Assembly: GCA_032718475.1 (NCBI GenBank)
Contig: JAUCBJ010008795.1
Span: forward strand, 162,026-226,025
From: Nemertoderma westbladi
Lineage: Eukaryota; Animalia; Xenacoelomorpha
Direction: 5' to 3'
DNA: 64,000 nucleotides
The translations under genes were made by a program, and so were the position numbers. This document shows, piece by piece, positions 27,501 to 42,500 of this stretch; positions within the stretch are counted from its first letter, which is position 1; each line of letters begins with the position of its first letter. The notes below the pieces were generated by a model. The model was not told where the DNA came from. It ran no database searches and worked only from the letters and a program-made list of their open reading frames with translations.

Positions 27501-30500
27501 AACAATAAGTGAATATCTTGTATAGAGATAGCTGGAACAATAAATGCATAACTTGTATAGAGATAGCTGGAACAATAAGTGAATAACTAGTATATAGATA
27601 GCTGGAACAATAAGTGAATATCTTGTATAGAGATAGCTGGAACAATAAGTGAATATTTTGCATATAGATAGCTGGAACAATAAGTGAATATCTTGTATAG
27701 AGATAGCTGGAACAATAAGTGCATAACTTGTATAGAGATAGCTGGAACAATAAGTGAATATTTTGCATAGAGATAGCTGGAACAATAAATGAATATTTTG
27801 CATAGAGATAGCTGGAACAATAAGTGAATAACTTGTATAGAGATAGCTGGAACAATAAGTGAATATCTTGTATAGAGATAGCTGGAACACTAAGTGAATA
27901 TCTTGTATATAGATAGCTGGAACAATAAGTGAATATCTTGTATAGAGATAGCTGGAACAATAAGTGAATATTTTGCATAGAGATAGCTGGAACAATAAGT
28001 GAATATCTTGTATAGAGATAGCTGGAACACTAAGTGAATATCTCGTATAGAGATAGCTGGGACAATAAGTGAATAACTAGTATAGAGATAGCTGGAACAA
28101 TAAGTGAATATCTTGCATAGAGATAGCTGGAACAATAAGTGAATAACTTGTATAGAGATAGCTGGAACAATAAGTGAATATCTTGTATAGAGATATCTGG
28201 AACAATAAGTGAATATCTTGTATAGAGATAGCTGGAACACTAAGTGAATATCTCGTATATAGATAGCTGGAACAATAAGTGAATATTTTGCATAGAGATA
28301 GCTGGAACAATAAGTGAATATTTTGCATAGAGATAGCTGGAACAATAAGTGAATAACTTGTATAGAGATAGCTGGAACAATAAGTGAATATCTTGTATAG
28401 AGATATCTGGAACAATAAGTGAATATCTTGTATAGAGATAGCTGGAACACTAAGTGAATATCTCGTATATAGATAGCTGGAACAATAAGTGAATATCTTG
28501 TATAGAGATAGCTGGAACAATAAGTGAATATCTTGTATAGAGATAGCTGGAACAATAAGTGAATATCTTGTATAGAGATAGCTGGAACAATAAGTGAGTA
28601 TCTTGTATAGAGATAGCTGGAACAATAAGTGAATATCTTGTATAAAGATAGCTGGAACAATAAATGCATAACTTGTATAGAGATAGCTGGAACAATAAGT
28701 GAATATCTTGTATAGAGATAGCTGGGACAATAAGTGAATAACTAGTATAGAGATAGCTGGAACAATAAGTGAATATCTTGCATAGAGATAGCTGGAACAA
28801 TAAGTGAATAACTTGTATAGAGATAGCTGGAACAATAAGTGAATATCTTGTATAGAGATATCTGGAACAATAAGTGAATATCTTGTATAGAGATAGCTGG
28901 AACACTAAGTGAATATCTCGTATATAGATAGCTGGAACAATAAGTGAATATCTTGTATAGAGATAGCTGGAACAATAAGTGAATATTTTGCATAGAGATA
29001 GCTGGAACAATAAGTGAATATCTTGTATAGAGATAGCTGGAACAATAAGTGAATAACTAGTATAGAGATAGCTGGGACAATACGTGAATACCTACAATTT
29101 GTATAGAGATAGCTGGATCAATAAGTGAATAACCTGTATAGAGATAGCTGGAACAATAAGTGAATAACTAGTATAGAGATAACTGGAACAATAAGTGAAT
29201 AACTAGTATAGAGATAGCTGGAACAATAAGTGAATAACTTGTATAGAGATAGCTGGAACAATAAGTGAATATCTTGTATAGAGATAGCTGGAACAATAAG
29301 TGAATAACTTGTATAGAGATAGCTGGAACAATAAGTGAATATCTTGTATAGAGATAGCTGGAACAATAAGTGAATATTTTGTATAGAGTTAGCTGGAACA
29401 TAAGTGAATATCTTGGATAGAGATAGCTGGAACACTAAGTGGATATCTTGTATAGAGATAGCTGGAACAATAAGTGAATAACTAGTATAGAGATATCTGG
29501 GACAATACGTGAATACCTACAATTTGTATAGAGATAGCTGGAACAATAAGTGAATATCTTGTATAGAGATAGCTGGAACAATAAGTGAATAACTTGTATA
29601 GAGATAGCTGGAACAATAAGTGAATAACTAGTATAGAGATAGCTGGGACAATACGTGAATACCTACAATTTGTATAGAGATAGCTGGAACAATAAGTGAA
29701 TAACTTGTATAGAGATATCTGGAAAAATAAGTGAATATCTTGTATAGAGATAACTGGAACAATAAGTGAATAACTAGTATAGAGATAGCTGGAACAAAAG
29801 TGAATAACTTGTATAGAGATAGCTGGAACAATAAGTGACTATCTTGTATAGAGATAGCTGGAACAATAAGTGAATATCTAGTATAGAGATAGCTGGAACA
29901 ATAAGTGAATAACTAGTATAGAGATAGCTGGGACAATACGTGAATACCTACAATTTGTATAGAGATAGCTGGAACAATAAGTGAATATCTTGTATAGAGA
30001 TAGCTGGAACAATAAGTGAATAACTTGTATAGAGATAGCTGGAACAATAAGTGAATAACTAGTATAGAGATAGCTGGGACAATACGTGAATACCTACAAT
30101 TTGTATAGAGATAGCTGGAACAATAAGTGAATAACTTGTATAGAGATATCTGGAAAAATAAGTGAATATCTTGTATAGAGATAACTGGAACAATAAGTGA
30201 ATAACTAGTATAGAGATAGCTGGAACAAAAGTGAATAACTTGTATAGAGATAGCTGGAACAATAAGTGACTATCTTGTATAGAGATAGCTGGAACAATAA
30301 GTGAATAACTAGTATAGAGATAGCTGGAACAATAAGTGAATATCTTGTATAGAGATAGCTGGAACAATAAGTGAATATCTTGTATAGAGATAGCTGGAAC
30401 ACTAAGTGAATAACTTGTATAGAGATAGCTGGAACAATAAGTGAATATCTTGTATAGAGATAGCTGGAACAATAAGTGAATAACTAGTATAGAGATAGCT

Positions 30501-33500
30501 GGAACAATAAGTGAATATCTTGTATAGAGATAGCTGGAACACTAAGTGAATATCTCGTATATAGATAGCTGGAACAATAAGTGAATATCTTGTATAGAGA
30601 TAGCTGGAACAATAAGTGAATATCTTGTATAGAGATAGCTGGAACAATAAGTGAATATCTTGCATAGAGATAGCTGGAACATAAGTGAATAACTTGTATA
30701 GAGATAGCTGGAACAATAAGTGAATATCTTGTATAGAGATAGCTGGAACAATAAGTGAATATCTTGTATAGAGTTAGCTGGAACAATAAGTGAATATCTT
30801 GTATAGAGATATCTGGAACAATAAGTGAATATCTTGTATAGAGATAGCTGGAACAATAAGTTAATAACTAGTATAGAGATAGCTGGAACAATAAGTAAAT
30901 AACTAGTGTAGAGATAGCTGGGACAATACGTGAATACCTACAATTTGTATAGAGATAACTGGAACAATAAGTGAATATCTTGTATAGAGATAGCTGGAAC
31001 AATAAGTGAATATCTTGTATAGAGATAACTGGAACAATAAGTGAATAAGCTGGAACAATAAGTGAATAACTTGTATAGAGATAGCTGGAACAATAAGTGA
31101 ATATCTTGTATAGAGATAGCTGGAACAATAAGTGAATATCTTGTATAGAGATAGCTGAAACAATAAGTGAATAACTTGTTTAGAGATAGCTGGAACAATA
31201 AGTGAATATTTTGTATAGAGATAGCTGGAACAATAAGTGAATATCTTGTATAGAAATAGCTGGAACAATAAGTGAATATCTTGTATAGAGATAGCTGGAA
31301 CAATAAGTGAATATCTTGTATAGAGATAGCTGGAACAATAAGTGAGTATCTTGTATAGAGATAGCTGGAACAATAAGTGAATATCTTGTATAGAGATAGC
31401 TGGAACAATAAATGCATAACTTGTATAGAGATAGCTGGAACAATAAGTGAATAACTAGTATAGAGATAGCTGGAACAATAAGTGAATATCTTGCATAGAG
31501 ATAGCTGGAACAATAAGTGAATAACTTGTATAGAGATAGCTGGAACAATAAGTGAATATCTTGTATAGAGATATCTGGAACAATAAGTGAATATCTTGTA
31601 TAGAGATAGCTGGAACAATAAGTGAATAACTAGTATAGAGATAGCTGGAACAATAAGTGAATAACTAGTATAAAGATAGCTGGGACAATACGTGAATATC
31701 TTGCATAGAGATATCTAGAACAATAAGTGAATATTTTGTATAGAGATAGCTGGAACAATAAGTGAATATCTTGTATAGAAATAGCTGGAACAATAAGTGA
31801 ATATCTTGTATAGAGATAGCTGGAACAATAAGTGAATATCTTGTATAGAGATAGCTGGAACAATAAGTGAGTATCTTGTATAGAGATAGCTGGAACAATA
31901 AGTGAATATCTTGTATAAAGATAGCTGGAACAATAAATGCATAACTTGTATAGAGATAGCTGGAACAATAAGTGAATATCTTGTATAGAGATAGCTGGGA
32001 CAATAAGTGAATAACTAGTATAGAGATAGCTGGAACAATAAGTGAATATCTTGCATAGAGATAGCTGGAACAATAAGTGAATAACTTGTATAGAGATAGC
32101 TGGAACAATAAGTGAATATCTTGTATAGAGATATCTGGAACAATAAGTGAATATCTTGTATAGAGATAGCTGGAACACTAAGTGAATATCTCGTATATAG
32201 ATAGCTGGAACAATAAGTGAATATCTTGTATAGAGATAGCTGGAACAATAAGTGAATATTTTGCATAGAGATAGCTGGAACAATAAGTGAATATCTTGTA
32301 TAGAGATAGCTGGAACAATAAGTGAATATTTTGCATAGAGATAGCTGGAACAATAAGTGAATAACTTGTATAGAGATAGCTGGAACAACAAGTGAATATC
32401 TTGTATAGAGATAGCTGGAACACTAAGTGAATATCTCGTATATAGATAGCTGGAACAATAAGTGAATATCTTGTATAGAGATAGCTGGAACAATAAGTGA
32501 ATATTTTGCATAGAGATAGCTGGAACAATAAGTGAATATCTTGTATAGAGATAGCTGGAACAATAAGTGCATAACTTGTATAGAGATAGCTGGAACAATA
32601 AGTGAATATTTTGCATAGAGATAGCTGGAACAATAAGTGAATAACTTGTATAGAGATAGCTGGAACAATAAGTGAATATCTTGTATAGAGATAGCTGGAA
32701 CACTAAGTGAATATCTCGTATATAGATAGCTGGAACAATAAGTGAATATCTTGTATAGAGATAGCTGGAACAATAAGTGAATATTTTGCATAGAGATAGC
32801 TGGAACAATAAGTGAATATCTTGTATAGAGATAGCTGGAACACTAAGTGAATATCTCGTATAGAGATAGCTGGGACAATAAGTGAATAACTAGTATAGAG
32901 ATAGCTGGAACAATAAGTGAATATCTTGCATAGAGATAGCTGGAACAATAAGTGAATAACTTGTATAGAGATAGCTGGAACAATAAGTGAATATCTTGTA
33001 TAGAGATATCTGGAACAATAAGTGAATATCTTGTATAGAGATAGCTGGAACACTAAGTGAATATCTCGTATATAGATAGCTGGAACAATAAGTGAATATT
33101 TTGCATAGAGATAGCTGGAACAATAAGTGAATATTTTGCATAGAGATAGCTGGAACAATAAGTGAATAACTTGTATAGAGATAGCTGGAACAATAAGTGA
33201 ATATCTTGTATAGAGATATCTGGAACAATAAGTGAATATCTTGTATAGAGATAGCTGTAACACTAAGTGAATATCTCGTATATAGATAGCTGGAACAATA
33301 AGTGAATATCTTGTATAGAGATAGCTGGGACAATAAGTGAATATCTTGTATAGAGATAGCTGGAACAATAAGTGAATATCTTGTATAGAGATAGCTGGAA
33401 CAATAAGTGAGTATCTTGTATAGAGATAGCTGGAACAATAAGTGAATATCTTGTATAAAGATAGCTGGAACAATAAATGCATAACTTGTATAGAGATAGC

Positions 33501-36500
33501 TGGAACAATAAGTGAATATCTTGTATAGAGATAGCTGGGACAATAAGTGAGTAACTAGTATAGAGATAGCTGGAACAATAAGTGAATATCTTGCATAGAG
33601 ATAGCTGGAACAATAAGTGAATAACTTGTATAGAGATAGCTGGAACAATAAGTGAATATCTTGTATAGAGATATCTGGAACAATAAGTGAATATCTTGTA
33701 TAGAGATAGCTGGAACACTAAGTGAATATCTCGTATATAGATAGCTGGAACAATAAGTGAATATCTTGTATAGAGATAGCTGGAACAATACGTGAATATT
33801 TTGCATAGAGATAGCTGGAACAATAAGTGAATATCTTGTATAGAGATAGCTGGAACAATAAGTGACTATTTTGCTTAGAGATAGCTGGAACAATAAGTGA
33901 ATAACTTGTATAGAGATAGCTGGAACAATAAGTGAATATCTTGTATAGAGATAGCTGGAACACTAAGTGAATATCTCGTATATAGATAGCTGGAACAATA
34001 AGTGAATATCTTGTATAGAGATAGCTGGAACAATAAGTGAATATTTTGCATAGAGATAGCTGGAACAATAAGTGAATATCTTGTATAGAGATAGCTGGAA
34101 CAATAAGTGAATATTTTGCATAGAGATAGCTGGAACAATAAGTGAATAACTTGTATAGAGATAGCTGGAACAACAAGTGAATATCTTGTATAGAGATAGC
34201 TGGAACACTAAGTGAATATCTCGTATATAGATAGCTGGAACAATAAGTGAATATCTTGTATAGAGATAGCTGGAACAATAAGTGAATATTTTGCATAGAG
34301 ATAGCTGGAACAATAAGTGAATATCTTGTATAGAGATAGCTGGAACAATAAGTGCATAACTTGTATAGAGATAGCTGGAACAATAAGTGAATATTTTGCA
34401 TAGAGATAGCTGGAACAATAAATGAATATTTTGCATAGAGATAGCTGGAACAATAAGTGAATAACTTGTATAGAGATAGCTGGAACAATAAGTTAATATC
34501 TTGTATAGAGATAGCTGGAACACTAAGTGAATATCTCGTATATAGATAGCTGGAACAATAAGTGAATATCTTGTATAGAGATAGCTGGAACAATAAGTGA
34601 ATATTTTGCATAGAGATAGCTGGAACAATAAGTGAATATCTTGTATAGAGATAGCTGGAACACTAAGTGAATATCTCGTATAGAGATAGCTGGGACAATA
34701 AGTGAATAACTAGTATAGAGATAGCTGGAACAATAAGTGAATATCTTGCATAGAGATAGCTGGAACAATAAGTGAATAACTTGTATAGAGATAGCTGGAA
34801 CAATAAGTGAATATCTTGTATAGAGATATCTGGAACAATAAGTGAATATCTTGTATAGAGATAGCTGGAACACTAAGTGAATATCTCGTATATAGATAGC
34901 TGGAACAATAAGTGAATATTTTGCATAGAGATAGCTGGAACAATAAGTGAATATTTTGCATAGAGATAGCTGGAACAATAAGTGAATAACTTGTATAGAG
35001 ATAGCTGGAACAATAAGTGAATATCTTGTATAGAGATATCTGGAACAATAAGTGAATATCTTGTATAGAGATAGCTGGAACACTAAGTGAATATCTCGTA
35101 TATAGATAGCTGGAACAATAAGTGAATATCTTGTATAGAGATAGCTGGAACAATAAGTGAATATCTTGTATAGAGATAGCTGGAACAATAAGTGAATATC
35201 TTGTATAGAGATAGCTGGAACAATAAGTGAGTATCTTGTATAGAGATAGCTGGAACAATAAGTGAATATCTTGTATAAAGATAGCTGGAACAATAAATGC
35301 ATAACTTGTATAGAGATAGCTGGAACAATAAGTGAATATCTTGTATAGAGATAGCTGGGACAATAAGTGAATAACTAGTATAGAGATAGCTGGAACAATA
35401 AGTGAATATCTTGCATAGAGATAGCTGGAACAATAAGTGAATAACTTGTATAGAGATAGCTGGAACAATAAGTGAATATCTTGTATAGAGATATCTGGAA
35501 CAATAAGTGAATATCTTGTATAGAGATAGCTGGAACACTAAGTGAATATCTCGTATATAGATAGCTGGAACAATAAGTGAATATCTTGTATAGAGATAGA
35601 TGGAACAATAAGTGAATATTTTGCATAGAGATAGGGAACAATAAGTGAATATCTTGTATAGAGATAGCTGGAACAATAAGTGAATATTTTGCATAGAGAT
35701 AGCTGGAACAATAAGTGAATATCTTGTATAGAGATAGCTGGAACAATAAGTGCATAACTTGTATAGAGATAGCTGGAACAATAAGTGAATATTTTGCATA
35801 GAGATAGCTGGAACAATAAGTGAATAACTTGTATAGAGATAGCTGGAACAATAAGTGAATATCTTGTATAGAGATAGCTGGAACACTAAGTGAATATCTC
35901 GTATATAGATAGCTGGAACAATAAGTGAATATCTTGTATAGAGATAGCTGGAACAATAAGTGAATATTTTGCATAGAGATAGCTGGAACAATAAGTGAAT
36001 ATCTTGTATAGAGATAGCTGGAACACTAAGTGAATATCTCGTATAGAGATAGCTGGGACAATAAGTGAATAACTAGTATAGAGATAGCTGGAACAATAAG
36101 TGAATATCTTGCATAGAGATAGCTGGAACAATAAGTGAATAACTTGTATAGAGATAGCTGGAACAATAAGTGAATATCTTGTATAGAGATATCTGGAACA
36201 ATAAGTGAATATCTTGTATAGAGATAGCTGGAACACTAAGTGAATATCTCGTATATAGATAGCTGGAACAATAAGTGAATATTTTGCATAGAGATAGCTG
36301 GAACAATAAGTGAATATTTTGCATAGAGATAGCTGGAACAATAAGTGAATAACTTGTATAGAGATAGCTGGAACAATAAGTGAATATCTTGTATAGAGAT
36401 ATCTGGAACAATAAGTGAATATCTTGTATAGAGATAGCTGTAACACTAAGTGAATATCTCGTATATAGATAGCTGGAACAATAAGTGAATATCTTGTATA

Positions 36501-39500
36501 GAGATAGCTGGGACAATAAGTGAATATCTTGTATAGAGATAGCTGGAACAATAAGTGAATATCTTGTATAGAGATAGCTGGAACAATAAGTGAGTATCTT
36601 GTATAGAGATAGCTGGAACAATAAGTGAATATCTTGTATAAAGATAGCTGGAACAATAAATGCATAACTTGTATAGAGATAGCTGGAACAATAAGTGAAT
36701 ATCTTGTATAGAGATAGCTGGGACAATAAGTGAGTAACTAGTATAGAGATAGCTGGAACAATAAGTGAATATCTTGCATAGAGATAGCTGGAACAATAAG
36801 TGAATAACTTGTATAGAGATAGCTGGAACAATAAGTGAATATCTTGTATAGAGATATCTGGAACAATAAGTGAATATCTTGTATAGAGATAGCTGGAACA
36901 CTAAGTGAATATCTCGTATATAGATAGCTGGAACAATAAGTGAATATCTTGTATAGAGATAGCTGGAACAATACGTGAATATTTTGCATAGAGATAGCTG
37001 GAACAATAAGTGAATATCTTGTATAGAGATAGCTGGAACAATAAGTGACTATTTTGCTTAGAGATAGCTGGAACAATAAGTGAATAACTTGTATAGAGAT
37101 AGCTGGAACAATAAGTGAATATCTTGTATAGAGATAGCTGGAACACTAAGTGAATATCTCGTATATAGATAGCTGGAACAATAAGTGAATATCTTGTATA
37201 GAGATAGCTGGAACAATAAGTGAATATTTTGCATAGAGATAGCTGGAACAATAAGTGAATATCTTGTATAGAGATAGCTGGAACAATAAGTGAATATTTT
37301 GCATAGAGATAGCTGGAACAATAAGTGAATAACTTGTATAGAGATAGCTGGAACAACAAGTGAATATCTTGTATAGAGATAGCTGGAACACTAAGTGAAT
37401 ATCTCGTATATAGATAGCTGGAACAATAAGTGAATATCTTGTATAGAGATAGCTGGAACAATAAGTGAATATTTTGCATAGAGATAGCTGGAACAATAAG
37501 TGAATATCTTGTATAGAGATAGCTGGAACAATAAGTGCATAACTTGTATAGAGATAGCTGGAACAATAAGTGAATATTTTGCATAGAGATAGCTGGAACA
37601 ATAAATGAATATTTTGCATAGAGATAGCTGGAACAATAAGTGAATAACTTGTATAGAGATAGCTGGAACAATAAGTGAATATCTTGTATAGAGATAGCTG
37701 GAACACTAAGTGAATATCTCGTATATAGATAGCTGGAACAATAAGTGAATATCTTGTATAGAGATAGCTGGAACAATAAGTGAATATTTTGCATAGAGAT
37801 AGCTGGAACAATAAGTGAATATCTTGTATAGAGATAGCTGGAACACTAAGTGAATATCTCGTATAGAGATAGCTGGGACAATAAGTGAATAACTAGTATA
37901 GAGATAGCTGGAACAATAAGTGAATATCTTGCATAGAGATAGCTGGAACAATAAGTGAATAACTTGTATAGAGATAGCTGGAACAATAAGTGAATATCTT
38001 GTATAGAGATATCTGGAACAATAAGTGAATATCTTGTATAGAGATAGCTGGAACACTAAGTGAATATCTCGTATATAGATAGCTGGAACAATAAGTGAAT
38101 ATTTTGCATAGAGATAGCTGGAACAATAAGTGAATATTTTGCATAGAGATAGCTGGAACAATAAGTGAATAACTTGTATAGAGATAGCTGGAACAATAAG
38201 TGAATATCTTGTATAGAGATATCTGGAACAATAAGTGAATATCTTGTATAGAGATAGCTGGAACACTAAGTGAATATCTCGTATATAGATAGCTGGAACA
38301 ATAAGTGAATATCTTGTATAGAGATAGCTGGAACAATAAGTGAATATCTTGTATAGAGATAGCTGGAACAATAAGTGAATATCTTGTATAGAGATAGCTG
38401 GAACAATAAGTGAGTATCTTGTATAGAGATAGCTGGAACAATAAGTGAATATCTTGTATAAAGATAGCTGGAACAATAAATGCATAACTTGTATAGAGAT
38501 AGCTGGAACAATAAGTGAATATCTTGTATAGAGATAGCTGGGACAATAAGTGAATAACTAGTATAGAGATAGCTGGAACAATAAGTGAATATCTTGCATA
38601 GAGATAGCTGGAACAATAAGTGAATAACTTGTATAGAGATAGCTGGAACAATAAGTGAATATCTTGTATAGAGATATCTGGAACAATAAGTGAATATCTT
38701 GTATAGAGATAGCTGGAACACTAAGTGAATATCTCGTATATAGATAGCTGGAACAATAAGTGAATATCTTGTATAGAGATAGATGGAACAATAAGTGAAT
38801 ATTTTGCATAGAGATAGGGAACAATAAGTGAATATCTTGTATAGAGATAGCTGGAACAATAAGTGAATATTTTGCATAGAGATAGCTGGAACAATAAGTG
38901 AATAACTTGTATAGAGATAGCTGGAACACTAAGTGAATATCTCGTTTATAGATAGCTGGAACAATAAGTGAATATCTTGTATAGAGATAGCTGGAACAAT
39001 AAGTGAATATTTTGCATAGAGATAGCTGGAACAATAAGTGAATAACTTGTATAGAGATAGCTGGAACAATAAGTGAATATCTTGTATAGAGATAGCTGGA
39101 ACACTAAGTGAATATCTCGTATATAGATAGCTGGAACAATAAGTGAATATTTTGCATAGAGATAGCTGGAACAATAAGTGAATAACTTGTATAGAGATAG
39201 CTGGAACAATAAGTGAATATCTTGTATAGAGATAGCTGGAACACTAAGTGAATATCTCGTATATAGATAGCTGGAACAATAAGTGAATATCTTGTATAGA
39301 GATAGCTGGAACAATAAGTGAATATTTTGCATAGAGATAGCTGGAACAATAAGTGAATAACTTGTATAGAGATAGCTGGAACAATAAGTGAATATCTTGT
39401 ATAGAGATAGCTGGAACACTAAGTGAATATCTCGTATATAGATATCTGGAACAATAAGTGAATATCTTGTATAGAGATAGCTGGAACAATAAGTGAATAT

Positions 39501-42500
39501 CTTGTATAGAGATAGCTGGAACAATAAGTGAATATTTTGCATAGAGATAGCTGGAACAATAAGTGAATAACTTGTATAGAGATAGCTGGAACAATAAGTG
39601 AATATCTTGTATAGAGATAGCTGGAACACTACGTGAATATCTCGTATATAGATAGCTGGAACAATAAGTGAATATCTTGTATAGAGATAGCTGGAACAAT
39701 AAGTGAATATTTTGCATAGAGATAGCTGGAACAATAAGTGAATAACTTGTATAGAGAAGGCTGGAACAATAAGTGAATATCTTGTATAGAGATAGCTGGA
39801 ACACTAAGTGAATATCTCGTATATAGATAGCTGGAACAATAAGTGAATATTTTGCATAGAGATAGCTGGAACAATAAGTGAATAACTTGTATAGAGATAG
39901 CTGGAACAATAAGTGAATATCTTGTATAGAGATAGCTGGAACACTAAGTGAATATCTCGTATATAGATAGCTGGAACAATAAGTGAATATCTTGTATAGA
40001 GATAGCTGGAACAATAAGTGAATATCTTGTATAGAGATATCTGGAACAATAAGTGAATATCTTGCATAGAGATAGCTGGAACAATAAGTGAATAACTTGT
40101 ATAGAGATAGCTGGAACAATAAGTGAATATCTTGTATAGAGATAGCTGGAACAATAAGTGAATATCTTGTATAGAGATAGCTGGAACAATAAGTGAATAT
40201 CTTGTATAGAGATAGCTGGAACAATAAGTGAATATTTTGCATAGAGATAGCTGGAACAATAAGTGAATAACTTGTATAGAGATAGCTGGAACAATAAGTG
40301 AATATCTTGTATAGAGATAGCTGGAACACTAAGTGAATATCTCGTATATAGATAGCTGGAACAATAAGTGAATATCTTGTATAGAGATAGCTGGAACAAT
40401 AAGTGAATATCTTGTATAGAGATATCTGGAACAATAAGTGAATATCTTGCATAGAGATAGCTGGAACAATAAGTGAATAACTTGTATAGAGATAGCTGGA
40501 ACAATAAGTGAATATCTTGTGTAGAGATAGCTGGAACAATAAGTGAATATCTTGTATAGAGATAGCTGGAACAATAAGTGAATATCTTGTATAGAGATAG
40601 CTGGAACAATAAGTGAATATTTTGCATAGAGATAGCTGGAACAATAAGTGAATAACTTGTATAGAGATAGCTGGAACAATAAGTGAATATCTTGTATAGA
40701 GATAGCTGGAACACTAAGTGAATATCTCGTATATAGATATCTGGAACAATAAGTGAATATCTTGTATAGAGATAGCTGGAACAATAAGTGAATATCTTGT
40801 ATAGAGATAGCTGGAACAATAAGTGAATATTTTGCATAGAGATAGCTGGAACAATAAGTGAATAACTTGTATAGAGATAGCTGGAACAATAAGTGAATAT
40901 CTTGTATAGAGATAGCTGGAACACTACGTGAATATCTCGTATATAGATAGCTGGAACAATAAGTGAATATCTTGTATAGAGATAGCTGGAACAATAAGTG
41001 AATATTTTGCATAGAGATAGCTGGAACAATAAGTGAATAACTTGTATAGAGAAGGCTGGAACAATAAGTGAATATCTCGTATATAGATATCTGGAACAAT
41101 AAGTGAATATCTTGAATAGAGATAGCTGGAACACTAAGTGAATATCTCGTATATAGATAGCTGGAACAATAAGTGAATATTTTGCATAGAGATAGCTGGA
41201 ACAATAAGTGAATATTTTGCATAGAGATAGCTGGAACAATAAGTGAATAACTTGTATAGAGATAGCTGGAACAATAAGTGAATATCTTGTATAGAGATAT
41301 CTGGAACAATAAGTGAATATCTTGTATAGAGATAGCTGGAACACTAAGTGAATATCTCGTATATAGATAGCTGGAACAATAAGTGAATATCTTGTATAGA
41401 GATAGCTGGAACAATAAGTGAATATTTTGCATAGAGATAGCTGGAACAATAAGTGAATATCTTGTATAGAGATAGCTGGAACAATAAGTGAATATTTTGC
41501 ATAGAGATAGCTGGAACAATAAGTGAATATTTTGCATAGAGATAGCTGGAATAATAAGTGAATAACTTGTATAGAGATAGCTGGAACAATAAGTGAATAT
41601 CTTGTATAGAGATAGCTGGAACACTAAGTGAATATCTCGTATATAGATAGCTGGAACAATAAGTGAATATCTTGTATAGAGATAGCTGAACAATAAGTGA
41701 ATATTTTGCATAGAGATAGCTGGAACAATAAGTGAATAACTTGTATAGAGATAGCTGGAACAATAAGTGAATATCTTGTATAGAGATAGCTGGAACACTA
41801 AGTGAATATCTCGTATATAGATAGCTGGAACAATAAGTGAATATCTTGTATAGAGATAACTGGAACAATAAGTGAATATTTTGCATAGAGATAGCTGGAA
41901 CAATAAGTGAATATCTTGTATAGAGATAGCTGGAACACTAAGTGAATATCTCGTATATAGATAGCTGGAACAATAAGTGAATATCTTGTATAGAGATAGC
42001 TGGAACAATAAGTGAATATTTTGCATAGAGATAGCTGGAACAATAAGTGAATAACTTGTATAGAGATAGCTGGAACAATAAGTGAATATCTTGTATAGAG
42101 ATAGCTGGAACACTAAGTGAATATCTCGTATATAGATAGCTGGAACAATAAGTGAATATCTTGTATAGAGATAGCTGGAACAATAAGTGAATATTTTGCA
42201 TAGAGATAGCTGGAACAATAAGTGAATATTTTGCATAGAGATAGCTGGAACAATAAGTGAATAACTTGTATAGAGATAGCTGGAACAATAAGTGAATATC
42301 TTGTATAGGGATAGCTGGAACACTAAGTGAATATCTCGTTTATAGATAGCTGGAACAATAAGTGAATATCTTGTATAGAGATAGCTGGAACAATAAGTGA
42401 ATATTTTGCATAGAGATAGCTGGAACAATAAGTGAATAACTTGTATAGAGATAGCTGGAACAATAAGTGAATATCTTGTATAGAGATAGCTGGAACACTA